A DNA stretch of 64,000 bases from Minisyncoccota bacterium (GTDB lineage: Bacteria; Patescibacteriota; Minisyncoccia; UBA6257; 2-01-FULL-56-20). Position numbers and translations under genes: made by a program. Below are positions 55,662 through 64,000 of the stretch, piece after piece; within the stretch, counting starts at the first letter, position 1, and every line of letters begins with the position of its first letter. The stretch is from assembly GCA_035509435.1 (NCBI GenBank), contig DATJLR010000007.1, positions 65,555 through 129,554 on the forward strand, read 5' to 3'. Under the pieces are notes generated by a model. It searched no databases. It was not told the origin of the DNA and was given only the letters and a program-made list of their open reading frames with translations.

Positions 55662-56081
55662 TTATTTGAATAAAATATAGGCGAAATACCCGACCACTGC
55701 GATCGCGACGATCGCGACGATCGTCACGACAATGATCGGGAGAAGATTGCTGTGCGATGACGGCTCGGTTTCCGGAACGAACCGTGAAGGGGCGGGAGCA
55801 ACACCGGCAGAAGTAGCAACGCCAGATTCATCGCCTGCGGCCGCAACGGCAGGTGCCGATGCCGGCGCCGGAGCGGCGGTCGCCATCGGTGCGGGCGTGT
55901 GGAACGCGGTCGGCGGCTTGTATTCCTTCTCAAGCGTGAGCCCCGAGACCGGCACGTTCTGAAACACCGGCGCGCCTCCTCCGCTCCGCATCATTGCGTC
56001 GATATCGGAACGCATCGTCCGGATCTTCACCTGCGACGGCGGAGGCGGCGGCGCTGTCGTCATCAATTTCTTCAGGTCCAT
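55662..56081 (-). CDS. Pro/Ala-rich protein with C-terminal TM anchor (hypothetical)
   Basis: 139 aa. PPPPPS and low-complexity Ala/Pro stretches. C-terminal LLPIIVVTIVAIVAIAVVGYFAYILF. Confidence 0.35.
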   Translation of the reverse strand: MDLKKLMTTAPPPPPSQVKIRTMRSDIDAMMRSGGGAPVFQNVPVSGLTLEKEYKPPTAFHTPAPMATAAPAPASAPAVAAAGDESGVATSAGVAPAPSRFVPETEPSSHSNLLPIIVVTIVAIVAIAVVGYFAYILFK

Positions 56082-56218
56082 AGGGATATTTTAGCATGTC
56101 GCAGGCCCTCTTGTGAATTAAAAGTCTTTGTTCTGCTTAGGGATGAAGAAAAACGTGTTGTATACAAAAAGGCCGACTCCAAAGAGCCGGCCATCCCCTT
56201 AATACAATTCATGTTTTG

Positions 56219-56797
56219 TTACAGATGCATTCTGACGAAGGCAACGACCCCAATCGATATGCCTAGAAGCAAAAGGTAGGTAATGATCAGCCATGTTTTT
56301 TGCCAACGAAACAATCCTTTCCCTTCTTCTCTCATCCTGGACCAAAAATTTGATCCATCTGAGCCCGCGACGGGAAAATACTGGACGATGGCAAAGATCG
56401 CATTACTTTGGATAACGACCAGCCAGGCTTTTCCATTGAGGACGTGAAGAGAATGCAGCCCGAACATTGGAACGAAGAGAATGATTTGGGCAGCAACTCC
56501 CGCCAGGCTAAGAAATACGAAAACCCATGGAATCATTTTTCCAGCATCGCTCCGATAATACGATACAGAGCAATACACGGCATTGACATTAAGTTGCCAG
56601 CCGATGCCGCTCAACGATAGAACCACACCATGCCCGAGCTCATGAATAATCGCAGCAGTCCACATGGTGAGCAGGAAAGCAAACGCCACATCTTTAGGCT
56701 CACCAAGCAGCACGGTCACGACCAGGACGATAATCACCAACAATACCTGCAGGCCGAGAAACGATAGAAGTCCTTTCAATCTCTTGCCGTCGACCAT
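56219..56797 (-). CDS. Membrane HExxH zinc-metalloprotease-like protein
   Basis: 192 aa polytopic. IIHELGHGVV motif inside a TM helix (M50/site-2-protease-like arrangement). Confidence 0.4.
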   Translation of the reverse strand: MVDGKRLKGLLSFLGLQVLLVIIVLVVTVLLGEPKDVAFAFLLTMWTAAIIHELGHGVVLSLSGIGWQLNVNAVYCSVSYYRSDAGKMIPWVFVFLSLAGVAAQIILFVPMFGLHSLHVLNGKAWLVVIQSNAIFAIVQYFPVAGSDGSNFWSRMREEGKGLFRWQKTWLIITYLLLLGISIGVVAFVRMHL

Positions 56798-56912
56798 GAC
56801 TGCCTCCGTGACTTTCAGTAGGTGCCAAACTTCTGGAGTGAATTATACTTTGAAAAAGATTATTTGTCAATGCGGAACAAGGAGAGCTGGCCATAAGACA
56901 GTTAGCAAATAA

Positions 56913-57021
56913 CAAAAACACGCCCTATTCGAGGGGCGTCGCGGAGGCACGAAGGTGCCGAGCGCCGAGGCGGCCGGCTAGCAGGCCGGAACGCCGTCCC
57001 CGAGAATAGGGCGTGTTTTTG
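56913..57021 (-). terminator. Large compound hairpin terminator immediately downstream of pnp (bidirectional A/T flanks)
   Basis: Outer arms CAAAAACACGCCCTATTC / GAATAGGGCGTGTTTTTG are perfectly complementary and enclose sub-hairpins (GGCAC-gaag-GTGCC, CCGGC-tagcag-GCCGG). Confidence 0.5.
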
Positions 57022-59157
57022 TTATTTGTTTTCCAGCTGCTTTATGGACAGCCCGATCTTGCCATTTTCGGCTTTGATGATCTTCGCGCGGACATGGTCG
57101 CCGACATGGACGACATCCTCCACGTTCTTCACAAAGCCGGGGCGCAACTCGGAGACGTGGATCATGCCGTCGTTGCCGCCGCCGAGATCGACGATCGCGC
57201 CGAACTCCAGGATCTTCACGATCGGGCCCTCAACGATCTCGCCCACTTTCCATTCTTTCGTCATTCCCAGAATTTCCGCGACGCACGCCTCCACCTTTTC
57301 AAGGTCGGTGCCGGAGACGAAGACGCCGCCGTCCTCTTCTATATCGATGCCGGCCAGCGCGTATTTCTCGATGAGGCCGTTGATCATCTTGCCGCCGGGG
57401 CCGATGACCGTGCCGATCTTCGAGGGATCGATCTTGAACTGGCGGATCTTCGGCACGAAGGGCGAGATCGCCGTGCGCGGCGCAGGGAGCGTCGCAACGA
57501 TCGTCTTCAATATGTGCAGCCGCGCATCGCGCGCCTGTGCGAACGCCTTCTCGAGGATGTCGATCGTGAGCCCGTCCACTTTGACGTCCATCTGCACGCC
57601 GGTCACGCCGTCGGCAGTGCCCGCAACTTTGAAGTCCATGTCGCCGTGATGGTCTTCCGGACCCTGGATGTCGGTGAGCACTTTGTAGTTATTGACGTCG
57701 GCGGTGCCGTCCGCGTTGGACGCCATCATGAGGCCCATCGCGATGCCCGCGGCCGGCTTTTTGAGCGGCACGCCGGCGTCCATGAGCGAGAGCGCGGCGG
57801 CGCAGACCGTCGCCTGCGACGATGAACCGTTGGACGACATGATCTCCGAAACGACGCGGATCGTGTACGGGAATTCCTCCTTTGACGGGATCAGGCGCTC
57901 GAGCGATTTGCGCGCCAGATTGCCGTGGCCGATCTCGCGGCGCCCGGGCCCGCGGAAGTTGCCCACCTCCCCCACCGAGAACGGCGGGAAGTTGTAGTGT
58001 AGCATGAAGCGGCGCTTGGCGTTCGTTTCCATCGATTCGATCAGCTGCTCGGCGCCGGGCGCCGCGAGCGTCGTGATCGCGAGCGCCTGCGTGTTACCGC
58101 GGATAAAGAGCGCCGACCCGTGCGTGCGCGAGAAGAGGCCCACCTCGGCGTCGAGCGCGCGCACCTCGTCCAGCTTGCGGCCGTCGGGACGACGCTCCTT
58201 CTCCAAAACATTTTTATGGACAACGTCGTTCACCGAATCCTCAAAAAGCGATTCCACCGCCTTCCAGTTTATTTTTTCCTTTGACTCCGCGAACTTCTCT
58301 TTGATATGCAGATTAAGGTCATGGTTCAGCGCGCCGACCGCGGTCGTGTGCTCCACTTTCGTCGGTTTGTAGATCGCGTCCTCAAGCTTGTCGGCCAAAA
58401 ACTCTTCCACGGCGGCCTTGATCTCCGGATCGGGCATGACGAGCGCAACCTCCGCCTTCGGCTTTCCCACCTCTTTGCGGATCTGCTCCTGGAACGCGAT
58501 CAGCTTATTTATTTCCGTCTGCGCGAGTGCGAACGATGCGATGACATCCTTCTCCTGCGCATCCAAGCCGCCAAGCTCGATCATATTGATGCGATCCTTG
58601 GAACCGGAGACGAACGCGTCGAATATCGGCAGGTTCGGCTCGACAATATCGCTGTTGTTGGGATTGATCACGAATGGACCGTCCTTTTTTTGCGCCACGC
58701 GAACGCCGGCAACCGGACCGTTCCACGGGATGTCCGAGATAAAGAGCGCGGTGGATACGCCGAGCAATCCCACGAATTCGGGATCGTTCTGTTCGTCGAT
58801 CTGCAGCACGGTGACGACCACCTGGATGTCGCGGCGCATCTTGTCGTTGAAGAGCGGGCGGATGGTGCGGTCAACAAGGCGTCCGGCGAGGATCGCCTCT
58901 TCGGACGAGCGGCCTTCGCGGCGCACGTAGCGCGAGCCGATGATCTTGCCCGCGGCATAGAACTTCTCTTCGTAGTCCACCTTGAGCGGCAGGTAATCGA
59001 GCTCCACATCCCTGCGGCCCATCACCGCCGTCGCGAGCACCACGGTCTCGCCGTATTTTGCGATCACCGCGGCGTTCGCCTGTTCGGCGAGCGCTGAGAT
59101 CTCTATCGTCAGCGTCTTTCCCGCTATCTCAACCGAAAACTGCTTTTTCTGTAACAT
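57022..59157 (-). CDS. pnp: Polyribonucleotide nucleotidyltransferase (PNPase)
   Basis: 711 aa. Two RNase PH domains, KH domain, C-terminal S1 domain (VGDHVRAKIIKAENGKIGLSIKQL). Confidence 0.95.
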   Translation of the reverse strand: MLQKKQFSVEIAGKTLTIEISALAEQANAAVIAKYGETVVLATAVMGRRDVELDYLPLKVDYEEKFYAAGKIIGSRYVRREGRSSEEAILAGRLVDRTIRPLFNDKMRRDIQVVVTVLQIDEQNDPEFVGLLGVSTALFISDIPWNGPVAGVRVAQKKDGPFVINPNNSDIVEPNLPIFDAFVSGSKDRINMIELGGLDAQEKDVIASFALAQTEINKLIAFQEQIRKEVGKPKAEVALVMPDPEIKAAVEEFLADKLEDAIYKPTKVEHTTAVGALNHDLNLHIKEKFAESKEKINWKAVESLFEDSVNDVVHKNVLEKERRPDGRKLDEVRALDAEVGLFSRTHGSALFIRGNTQALAITTLAAPGAEQLIESMETNAKRRFMLHYNFPPFSVGEVGNFRGPGRREIGHGNLARKSLERLIPSKEEFPYTIRVVSEIMSSNGSSSQATVCAAALSLMDAGVPLKKPAAGIAMGLMMASNADGTADVNNYKVLTDIQGPEDHHGDMDFKVAGTADGVTGVQMDVKVDGLTIDILEKAFAQARDARLHILKTIVATLPAPRTAISPFVPKIRQFKIDPSKIGTVIGPGGKMINGLIEKYALAGIDIEEDGGVFVSGTDLEKVEACVAEILGMTKEWKVGEIVEGPIVKILEFGAIVDLGGGNDGMIHVSELRPGFVKNVEDVVHVGDHVRAKIIKAENGKIGLSIKQLENK

Positions 59158-59190
59158 TGAATTTTATGAACCGCGGGTCCCGGAGAGTCC

Positions 59191-59266
59191 TGTCATCCTG
59201 AGCTTTGGGAAGGACTTTGTGCGGCGGCCTCGTGCCGCGCAGTCCCGCGCAAAGCTCGGAATGACA
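59191..59266 (-). promoter_or_regulatory. pnp leader stem-loop (candidate RNase III/autoregulatory hairpin)
   Basis: TGTCATCCTGAGCTTTG ... CAAAGCTCGGAATGACA (17-bp arms, one mismatch) enclosing GCGGC...GCCGC and GCGC...GCGC sub-stems. Sits between the NYN gene and pnp. Confidence 0.4.
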
Positions 59267-59302
59267 TCCCCTTTATCGCGCTTCGATTAGTTTAATTGGT
59301 TT

Positions 59303-59992
59303 TTAATGATTGTCCGACTGCGGCCTTCTGCCTCGTGCCGCCGCATACCGCGGCTTCATGATCGCGCGCGGGACGGTCTCGATGTTCACGAACTCGTCCG
59401 CGGCTTCCACGATTTTTGACGATGCGCTCCGTCTGAATGCGGCGACCTCGACCACTCGCCCGCCTCCCCATTTTACGTAATTGATCAACGGAATGTAATC
59501 GCCGTCGCCGGTCACAAGGATGATCACGTCGAGCGATTCCATCATGCGGATGACGTCTACCGTAAGGCCGACGTCCCAGTCCCCCTTCTTCAATCCACCG
59601 GCATAGATCTGCAAGTCTTTCATCCGGAGCTCAAGCCCCGCTTTTTCCAGCGCTTCGAAGAAACTTGCTTCGGATGACATGCCGCCGTTGCCGTTCGCGC
59701 CATCCCCGTTGCCGTTCGAATACGCGGATGCGGACGCCGGCGCGAGCGAGACCGCCGCCGCCTGATCTTTTTCCGCCATGCGCTGGTGGCCGCGCGGCTG
59801 CTGGGGCTCCACGCCTTCGCTCCGCACCACGTACGCGAGCGCGCGGATCAGCTGGCGTCCGCCCACCAAATGCTTGATGAGTTCCGCGTAGTTCACGCGG
59901 CCCTGATAGAGATTCTTTGCTGAATGGTACAGGTTGGACACATCAACAAAAATCCCAACCCGCTGGTTGGAATGATTGGCCTCGGCTTTCAT
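59303..59992 (-). CDS. NYN-domain (LabA-like, PIN-fold) putative ribonuclease, inserted between rpsO and pnp
   Basis: GIFVDVSNLYHSAK and VILVTGDGDYIPLI are the NYN signatures. A low-complexity insert (NGNGDGANGNGG) lies in the middle. The start overlaps the rpsO stop. Confidence 0.55.
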   Translation of the reverse strand: MKAEANHSNQRVGIFVDVSNLYHSAKNLYQGRVNYAELIKHLVGGRQLIRALAYVVRSEGVEPQQPRGHQRMAEKDQAAAVSLAPASASAYSNGNGDGANGNGGMSSEASFFEALEKAGLELRMKDLQIYAGGLKKGDWDVGLTVDVIRMMESLDVIILVTGDGDYIPLINYVKWGGGRVVEVAAFRRSASSKIVEAADEFVNIETVPRAIMKPRYAAARGRRPQSDNH

Positions 59993-60258
59993 TATTTTTT
60001 AAGTTCGAGCTTCTTCACCAGTTTATCGTACGAAGAAGGCTCGTGCTTCTTCATGTACGCGAGCAGCTTCCTGCGCTTGGAGACCATCTTCAAAAGGCCG
60101 CGGCGGGAATGGTTATCCTTCGGGTTTTTCTTGAGATGTGTGGCCAATTCGTCGATCTGGCGCGAGGTCATCGCGATCTGCACCTGGGCAGAGCCGGTGT
60201 CTTTCTCGTGCGTCTTATGTTCTCCCACGATGCGGGATTTTACTCGTTTAGTAAGCAT
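59992..60258 (-). CDS. rpsO: 30S ribosomal protein S15
   Basis: 88 aa. TGSAQVQIAMTSRQIDELATHLKKNPKDNHSRRGLLKMVSKRRKLLAYM. Confidence 0.9.
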   Translation of the reverse strand: MLTKRVKSRIVGEHKTHEKDTGSAQVQIAMTSRQIDELATHLKKNPKDNHSRRGLLKMVSKRRKLLAYMKKHEPSSYDKLVKKLELKK

Positions 60259-60337
60259 TATTGGTTATGATACATCAATATTTAATTTTTAGCAAGGGTG
60301 CCACACATTTTGCGACACATCGCGGTATAATAAATGC

Positions 60338-61279
60338 ATGCCCCGAGCGACCACGCCAGCCAAACAGCAGAAAAAAGAAAAGCCGCGCACCGAGATCGAG
60401 CGGCTGCTCCAGGACTATCTGAACTATCTCGAGATCGAAAAGAACCGGTCGCCGCGCACGAGCGAGAACTATCAGCATTACCTTGCGGAGTTTTTGAAAT
60501 TCGCGCAGATCTCGTCCCCCGCCGAGATCACGGACGGCGTGGTGCGCGAGTTCCGCGTGGCCCTCGCGCGGCGCGAGATCAAGCGCGTGACGCAGGGATA
60601 CTATGCGATCGCCCTGCGCAATTTTTTGAAGTATCTCGCCAAGCGCGATGTGAAATCGCTCGCGGCGGAGAAGATCGAACTGCCGAAAGTGCCGGGACGG
60701 CAGATCGACACGCTGGAATACGGCGACCTTGAGCGGCTCCTCGCCGCGCCGAAGGGCGATTCGCTCCGCGACCTGCGCGACAAAGCGATCCTCGAGATGT
60801 TCTTCTCCACCGGCCTGCGCCTCGCCGAGCTCTGCGCGCTCCCGCGCACGATCGATCTCCGGCGCGGCGAGGTCTCCGTCCGCGGCAAAGGCGACAAGCT
60901 GCGCGTGGTCTTCATCTCGGACAGCGCGCGCGAGGCGGTGCAAAAATATATGGCCAAGCGGGGCGACGCCGAAGAGAAATTGTTCGTAAGCCTTGACCGC
61001 CTCGGCCGCGTGATCGGCCCCATCACGCCACGCGCCGTCCAGCGCCTCGTCGCCGCACGCGCCGCGCAGGCGGGCATCCCCAATCATATCCACGCGCATC
61101 TTCTCCGCCATAGCTTTGCCACGGATCTGTTGGTAAACGGCGCCGACCTGCGCTCCGTGCAAGAGCTCCTCGGCCACGCGAACATCTCGACCACGCAGGT
61201 CTACACCCACCTCACCAACAAGCAACTCCGCGAAGTGCACAAAGCGTTCCACGGCGCGCGGCGCGCGGAAAAGGAATAG
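60338..61279 (+). CDS. Tyrosine site-specific recombinase XerC/XerD family
   Basis: N-terminal core-binding domain (LEIEKNRSPRTSENYQHYL). Catalytic R...HxxR...Y (LRHSFATDLL...GHANISTTQVYTHL). Confidence 0.85.
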   Translation: MPRATTPAKQQKKEKPRTEIERLLQDYLNYLEIEKNRSPRTSENYQHYLAEFLKFAQISSPAEITDGVVREFRVALARREIKRVTQGYYAIALRNFLKYLAKRDVKSLAAEKIELPKVPGRQIDTLEYGDLERLLAAPKGDSLRDLRDKAILEMFFSTGLRLAELCALPRTIDLRRGEVSVRGKGDKLRVVFISDSAREAVQKYMAKRGDAEEKLFVSLDRLGRVIGPITPRAVQRLVAARAAQAGIPNHIHAHLLRHSFATDLLVNGADLRSVQELLGHANISTTQVYTHLTNKQLREVHKAFHGARRAEKE

Positions 61280-61280
61280 T

Positions 61281-62786
61281 ATGGATGCGCCGCTTCGCTA
61301 TCGCGTCTTTGCCGGCATCCTGATATTTTTTTCGTTCCTTGTCATAACCGCAAAGACTATCGATCCGGACCTTTACTGGCATCTGCGCGACGGCGAATTG
61401 ATCCTCGCCACACACACCGTGCCGCGCGTGGATACCTATAGCTACACGATGGCCGGTATGCCGTGGGTTGACCATGAATGGCTTGTGGAGGCAGCGTTCG
61501 CCTGGATGTACAATCACGGCTTGATGCCCGTGCTCGATCTCATCTTCGCGATCATCGCGTTCATACCGTTCGTCGTCTGGCTCCGGCGCTACCGCACGTG
61601 GCCCGACCTGTGGGCGATCGGCGCGGGCGCCTCGGTCTTTATGTCATTCCTCGCAGTGAAGCCCCAGATCGTGTCGTATCTTTTTTTCTTCATAGTATAT
61701 GAGTTGCTTGCCCACTATTATCTCACCGCCAAAGATGCCCGCGGGGCGCACAGAAAAATATACCTTCTTGCCCTGCCGCTCGTCTTCTTTGTGTGGGCGA
61801 ACATCCATGCGGAATTCGTTTCAGGGCTCCTACTCTTCGGGGTATTCCCCATGACCGATGCGGCAGTGGCGATCTATCGTAAAACAAAAGGCCAGTGGAA
61901 TGCCGTTCTGTTCCCTGCCGCAATGTTCGTACTGAGTGCCGTGACGCCGCTCTTTAATCCGTATGGCGCGGGACTGTACGGCGAGATAGTTCGCGTGGCG
62001 CTCTCGGCGAACACTATGAAATATATCCAGGAATGGCAGTCCCCCTTCGCGGGATCGCCATCGCTTTCCCCTACCACCTTCGCGCTCGCGTTCGTGCTCT
62101 CTATCTTTATTTTTCTCGTCCTGCGGTTCGGCAAGCGCGTTCCGCCGGCAGCGCTCTCCGCTGCCGTGATCTTCTTTTTGTTGTTCGCAAAAGCCCAACG
62201 GATGGGACCGCTCTTTATTATCATCGCGATCCCGTTCATGCACGAGGGGCTTTCGCTCGCCGCGACAGAGGTCGTCTCCCGCTGGCATCTTGCCTCCCGG
62301 CGCGCGAAGAAAATATTCCGTGGCGTGGGCAACACTCTTTCGGTCGCAGCATTCGGAGCCATCGTCGTTACGCCGGCAACACTTGTCCCTTCGCAATATC
62401 CGGTGGGCGCGGTAACCCTTCTCAACGATCAGGCTGCGCAGGGCAACCACATCGTCCTTCTCAATTTCTACGGCTGGGGCGGATATCTCGATTGGAACGC
62501 GCCCGAGATACCCGTGTTCATCGACGGCAGGATGCCGCACTGGACAGAGCCGGACGGCACATCCGCCATGCAGAACTATGTTGACATCTTCCTTGCGCCG
62601 ACAAACTGGCCCACGCAAGAAACGATACTCAAAGAGTGGGGCGTGAACACCGTACTCATCCAGAGCTCAAAGCAGGGCGAAAGCAATGCCAACACCACGC
62701 TCACCGGCGAACTCTTAGCGAACGGATGGGCCGAAACGTATAAAGATCAGACTGCGATCGTGCTGGAGGCTCCTGATCAAAACTGA
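61281..62786 (+). CDS. Polytopic membrane protein with a large C-terminal extracytoplasmic domain (possible GT-C fold glycosyltransferase)
   Basis: 501 aa. ~10 TM helices. First-loop DPDLYWHLRDGE acidic motif. The start is 2 nt after the xerC stop. Confidence 0.35.
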   Translation: MDAPLRYRVFAGILIFFSFLVITAKTIDPDLYWHLRDGELILATHTVPRVDTYSYTMAGMPWVDHEWLVEAAFAWMYNHGLMPVLDLIFAIIAFIPFVVWLRRYRTWPDLWAIGAGASVFMSFLAVKPQIVSYLFFFIVYELLAHYYLTAKDARGAHRKIYLLALPLVFFVWANIHAEFVSGLLLFGVFPMTDAAVAIYRKTKGQWNAVLFPAAMFVLSAVTPLFNPYGAGLYGEIVRVALSANTMKYIQEWQSPFAGSPSLSPTTFALAFVLSIFIFLVLRFGKRVPPAALSAAVIFFLLFAKAQRMGPLFIIIAIPFMHEGLSLAATEVVSRWHLASRRAKKIFRGVGNTLSVAAFGAIVVTPATLVPSQYPVGAVTLLNDQAAQGNHIVLLNFYGWGGYLDWNAPEIPVFIDGRMPHWTEPDGTSAMQNYVDIFLAPTNWPTQETILKEWGVNTVLIQSSKQGESNANTTLTGELLANGWAETYKDQTAIVLEAPDQN

Positions 62787-62792
62787 ATTGCG

Positions 62793-62873
62793 GTGCCCGG
62801 GAGAGGACTTGAACCTCTACGCCTTTCGGCACGAGCTCCTAGGGCTCGCGTGTCTGCCATTTCACCACCCGGG
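62793..62873 (-). tRNA. tRNA-Leu, anticodon TAG, 81 nt with long variable arm
   Basis: Minus-strand fold: acceptor GCCCGGG/CCCGGGC, D arm with GG, anticodon arm CGAGC-CCTAGGA-GCTCG, long variable arm, T arm AGAGG-TTCAAGT-CCTCT, discriminator A. Confidence 0.75.
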
Positions 62874-62924
62874 CAACGCGCCGAATATAGCGCTTATGCC
62901 TCATTTTATGCTATTTCCGTCGCT

Positions 62925-62953
62925 TTGACAAGTGTCTATTAATGTGGTAGTAT
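62925..62953 (+). promoter_or_regulatory. Strong sigma70-type promoter TTGACA-N17-TAGTAT for the downstream plus-strand gene
   Basis: cgcttTTGACAagtgtctattaatgtggTAGTATttggg. ~65 nt leader with a GGAGG 8 nt before the ATG at 63020. Confidence 0.45.
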
Positions 62954-63019
62954 TTGGGCAGCTGAGATAGGTTCAGCGATCTGTCTTTTTGAAATCCCCA
63001 ATCATGAAATGGAGGCCCT

Positions 63020-64000
63020 ATGGGCACAGCAATTAGTATCCTGCTTCTGTTTTTCGTGATTGCGAGTGCCTTCGGCATCCTCGCGATTGTGGCAGCTCTC
63101 ATCACCTATCCGATCTGGACCCCTCGATTGGCCAAAAGAAATCTTTTGGTGACCATCGTGGAAGAAGGAACGGGGAAATGGATCATGCGGAACGGGAAGG
63201 CGTGGCGGTTCATTACCTCCCGCGCCGAAAAAGATCCTCACCCGCTTCACTGCGACGTCACCGATGAAGGATTGGCAGAACATCCCAATCCTGGCATGAA
63301 ACTCAGGACCACAGACGGCGAAAACAGCGTCGAGCCATGGTGGGTGGACATGATCGACAGACTTCTTCCTGGCGGCATGCGCTGGGTGGGAATCCCGTGG
63401 ATCTATTCCATCTATGAGTACAACTTTCGGTGGAGCGTGCTTCGCGAAAACAGGCCGCTTTCCACTGAGGACGGGCTCGTCGAAGTTGACGAACTCGAGA
63501 GTGAAAAATTTGCCGTATCTTTCGCAAAGCGCATCGACTATGTGTTCCTTCGTGATTCCGTGTATTACTTTCGGGTAAGCGATGCGGAAACACAAGGAGC
63601 AGACAGCGACGCGACGGACAAGTCGGTAGGCATGGCAATCGCGCTGGACCTGCTGGCTACAATAAGGGTGACGAATCCTTATCTCGCTTTCTTCGTCGTC
63701 CACGACTGGCTTGAAACCTCTTTGGACCTTACTCGTCCCTCGCTCAGAAGCTGGGTGGCGCATCGTCCTTACCAGGAAGTCAACCGTAAAACCGAGTCAG
63801 CGCAGCGAAAATTCGATGAGTTCCTCAGGCAATATCCTGCAGTAGAGGGCGATAAGTGTATTCTGGATTATCTTGAAGAGACTTATGGCGTCAGATACAA
63901 GCGCATTGCATTTGATGCCGTGATCCCTCCCGAGGAATACGCCAAGGCCGTCAACAAGCGTGCCGAGGCGGTTCAGAATGCGGTCTATATCAAGACGATT
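63020..64000 (+). CDS. Membrane-anchored hypothetical protein (possibly SPFH/band-7-like), 3' end beyond window
   Basis: Own translation, open for 327 codons to the window end: MGTAISILLLFFVIASAFGILAIVAALITYPIWTPRL... GGAGG RBS. Absent from the track because it is partial. Confidence 0.45.
   Translation, partial: MGTAISILLLFFVIASAFGILAIVAALITYPIWTPRLAKRNLLVTIVEEGTGKWIMRNGKAWRFITSRAEKDPHPLHCDVTDEGLAEHPNPGMKLRTTDGENSVEPWWVDMIDRLLPGGMRWVGIPWIYSIYEYNFRWSVLRENRPLSTEDGLVEVDELESEKFAVSFAKRIDYVFLRDSVYYFRVSDAETQGADSDATDKSVGMAIALDLLATIRVTNPYLAFFVVHDWLETSLDLTRPSLRSWVAHRPYQEVNRKTESAQRKFDEFLRQYPAVEGDKCILDYLEETYGVRYKRIAFDAVIPPEEYAKAVNKRAEAVQNAVYIKTI

Overview
This is a high-GC bacterial window with three visibly lower-GC stretches (about 19.4-23.2 kb, 33.2-36.2 kb and 52.4-53.7 kb). 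Nearly all real genes are on the minus strand. The long plus-strand ORFs that run antisense to them (for example 14949..16508, 17309..18934, 23055..24239) and the minus-strand 50115..51959 are high-GC artefacts. The dominant feature is a roughly 19 kb type IV pilus supercluster at 8.0-27.6 kb, all on the minus strand: pilM, PilN-like, PilO-like, a small membrane protein, a terminator, pilB, a low-GC insertion, pilT, pilC, the major pilin, pilD, three translationally coupled minor pilins and three large secreted Ig-like or lipoprotein genes. No PilQ secretin is present, and comFC lies divergent to pilM. The low-GC insertion between pilB and pilT carries secreted and membrane proteins plus a GT-C (GT39/ArnT-like) glycosyltransferase split by a frameshift exactly at an A9/T9 homopolymer. 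I read this as a candidate phase-variable pilin or surface glycosylation module. Housekeeping genes include trpS, ldcA, clpB, htrA, cysteine desulfurase, ftsK, recA, pnp, rpsO, xerC/D, thyA/folA, dcd, hup and an ECF sigma factor. There are two tRNAs (Arg-GCG and Leu-TAG) and an aberrant tRNA- or tmRNA-like element that ends in CCA. Other points of interest are an autoregulatory-looking HTH gene whose promoter spacer and own coding sequence carry arrays of the 8-mer ATTGCCGG, a NYN-domain gene inserted in the rpsO-pnp operon, a chorismate mutase-methyltransferase fusion, and several terminators and promoters. Gene content (BtpA, CofE-like, ORF6N, no secretin, weak Shine-Dalgarno sites) is compatible with a monoderm or CPR-like lineage. 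That lineage call is only an inference.
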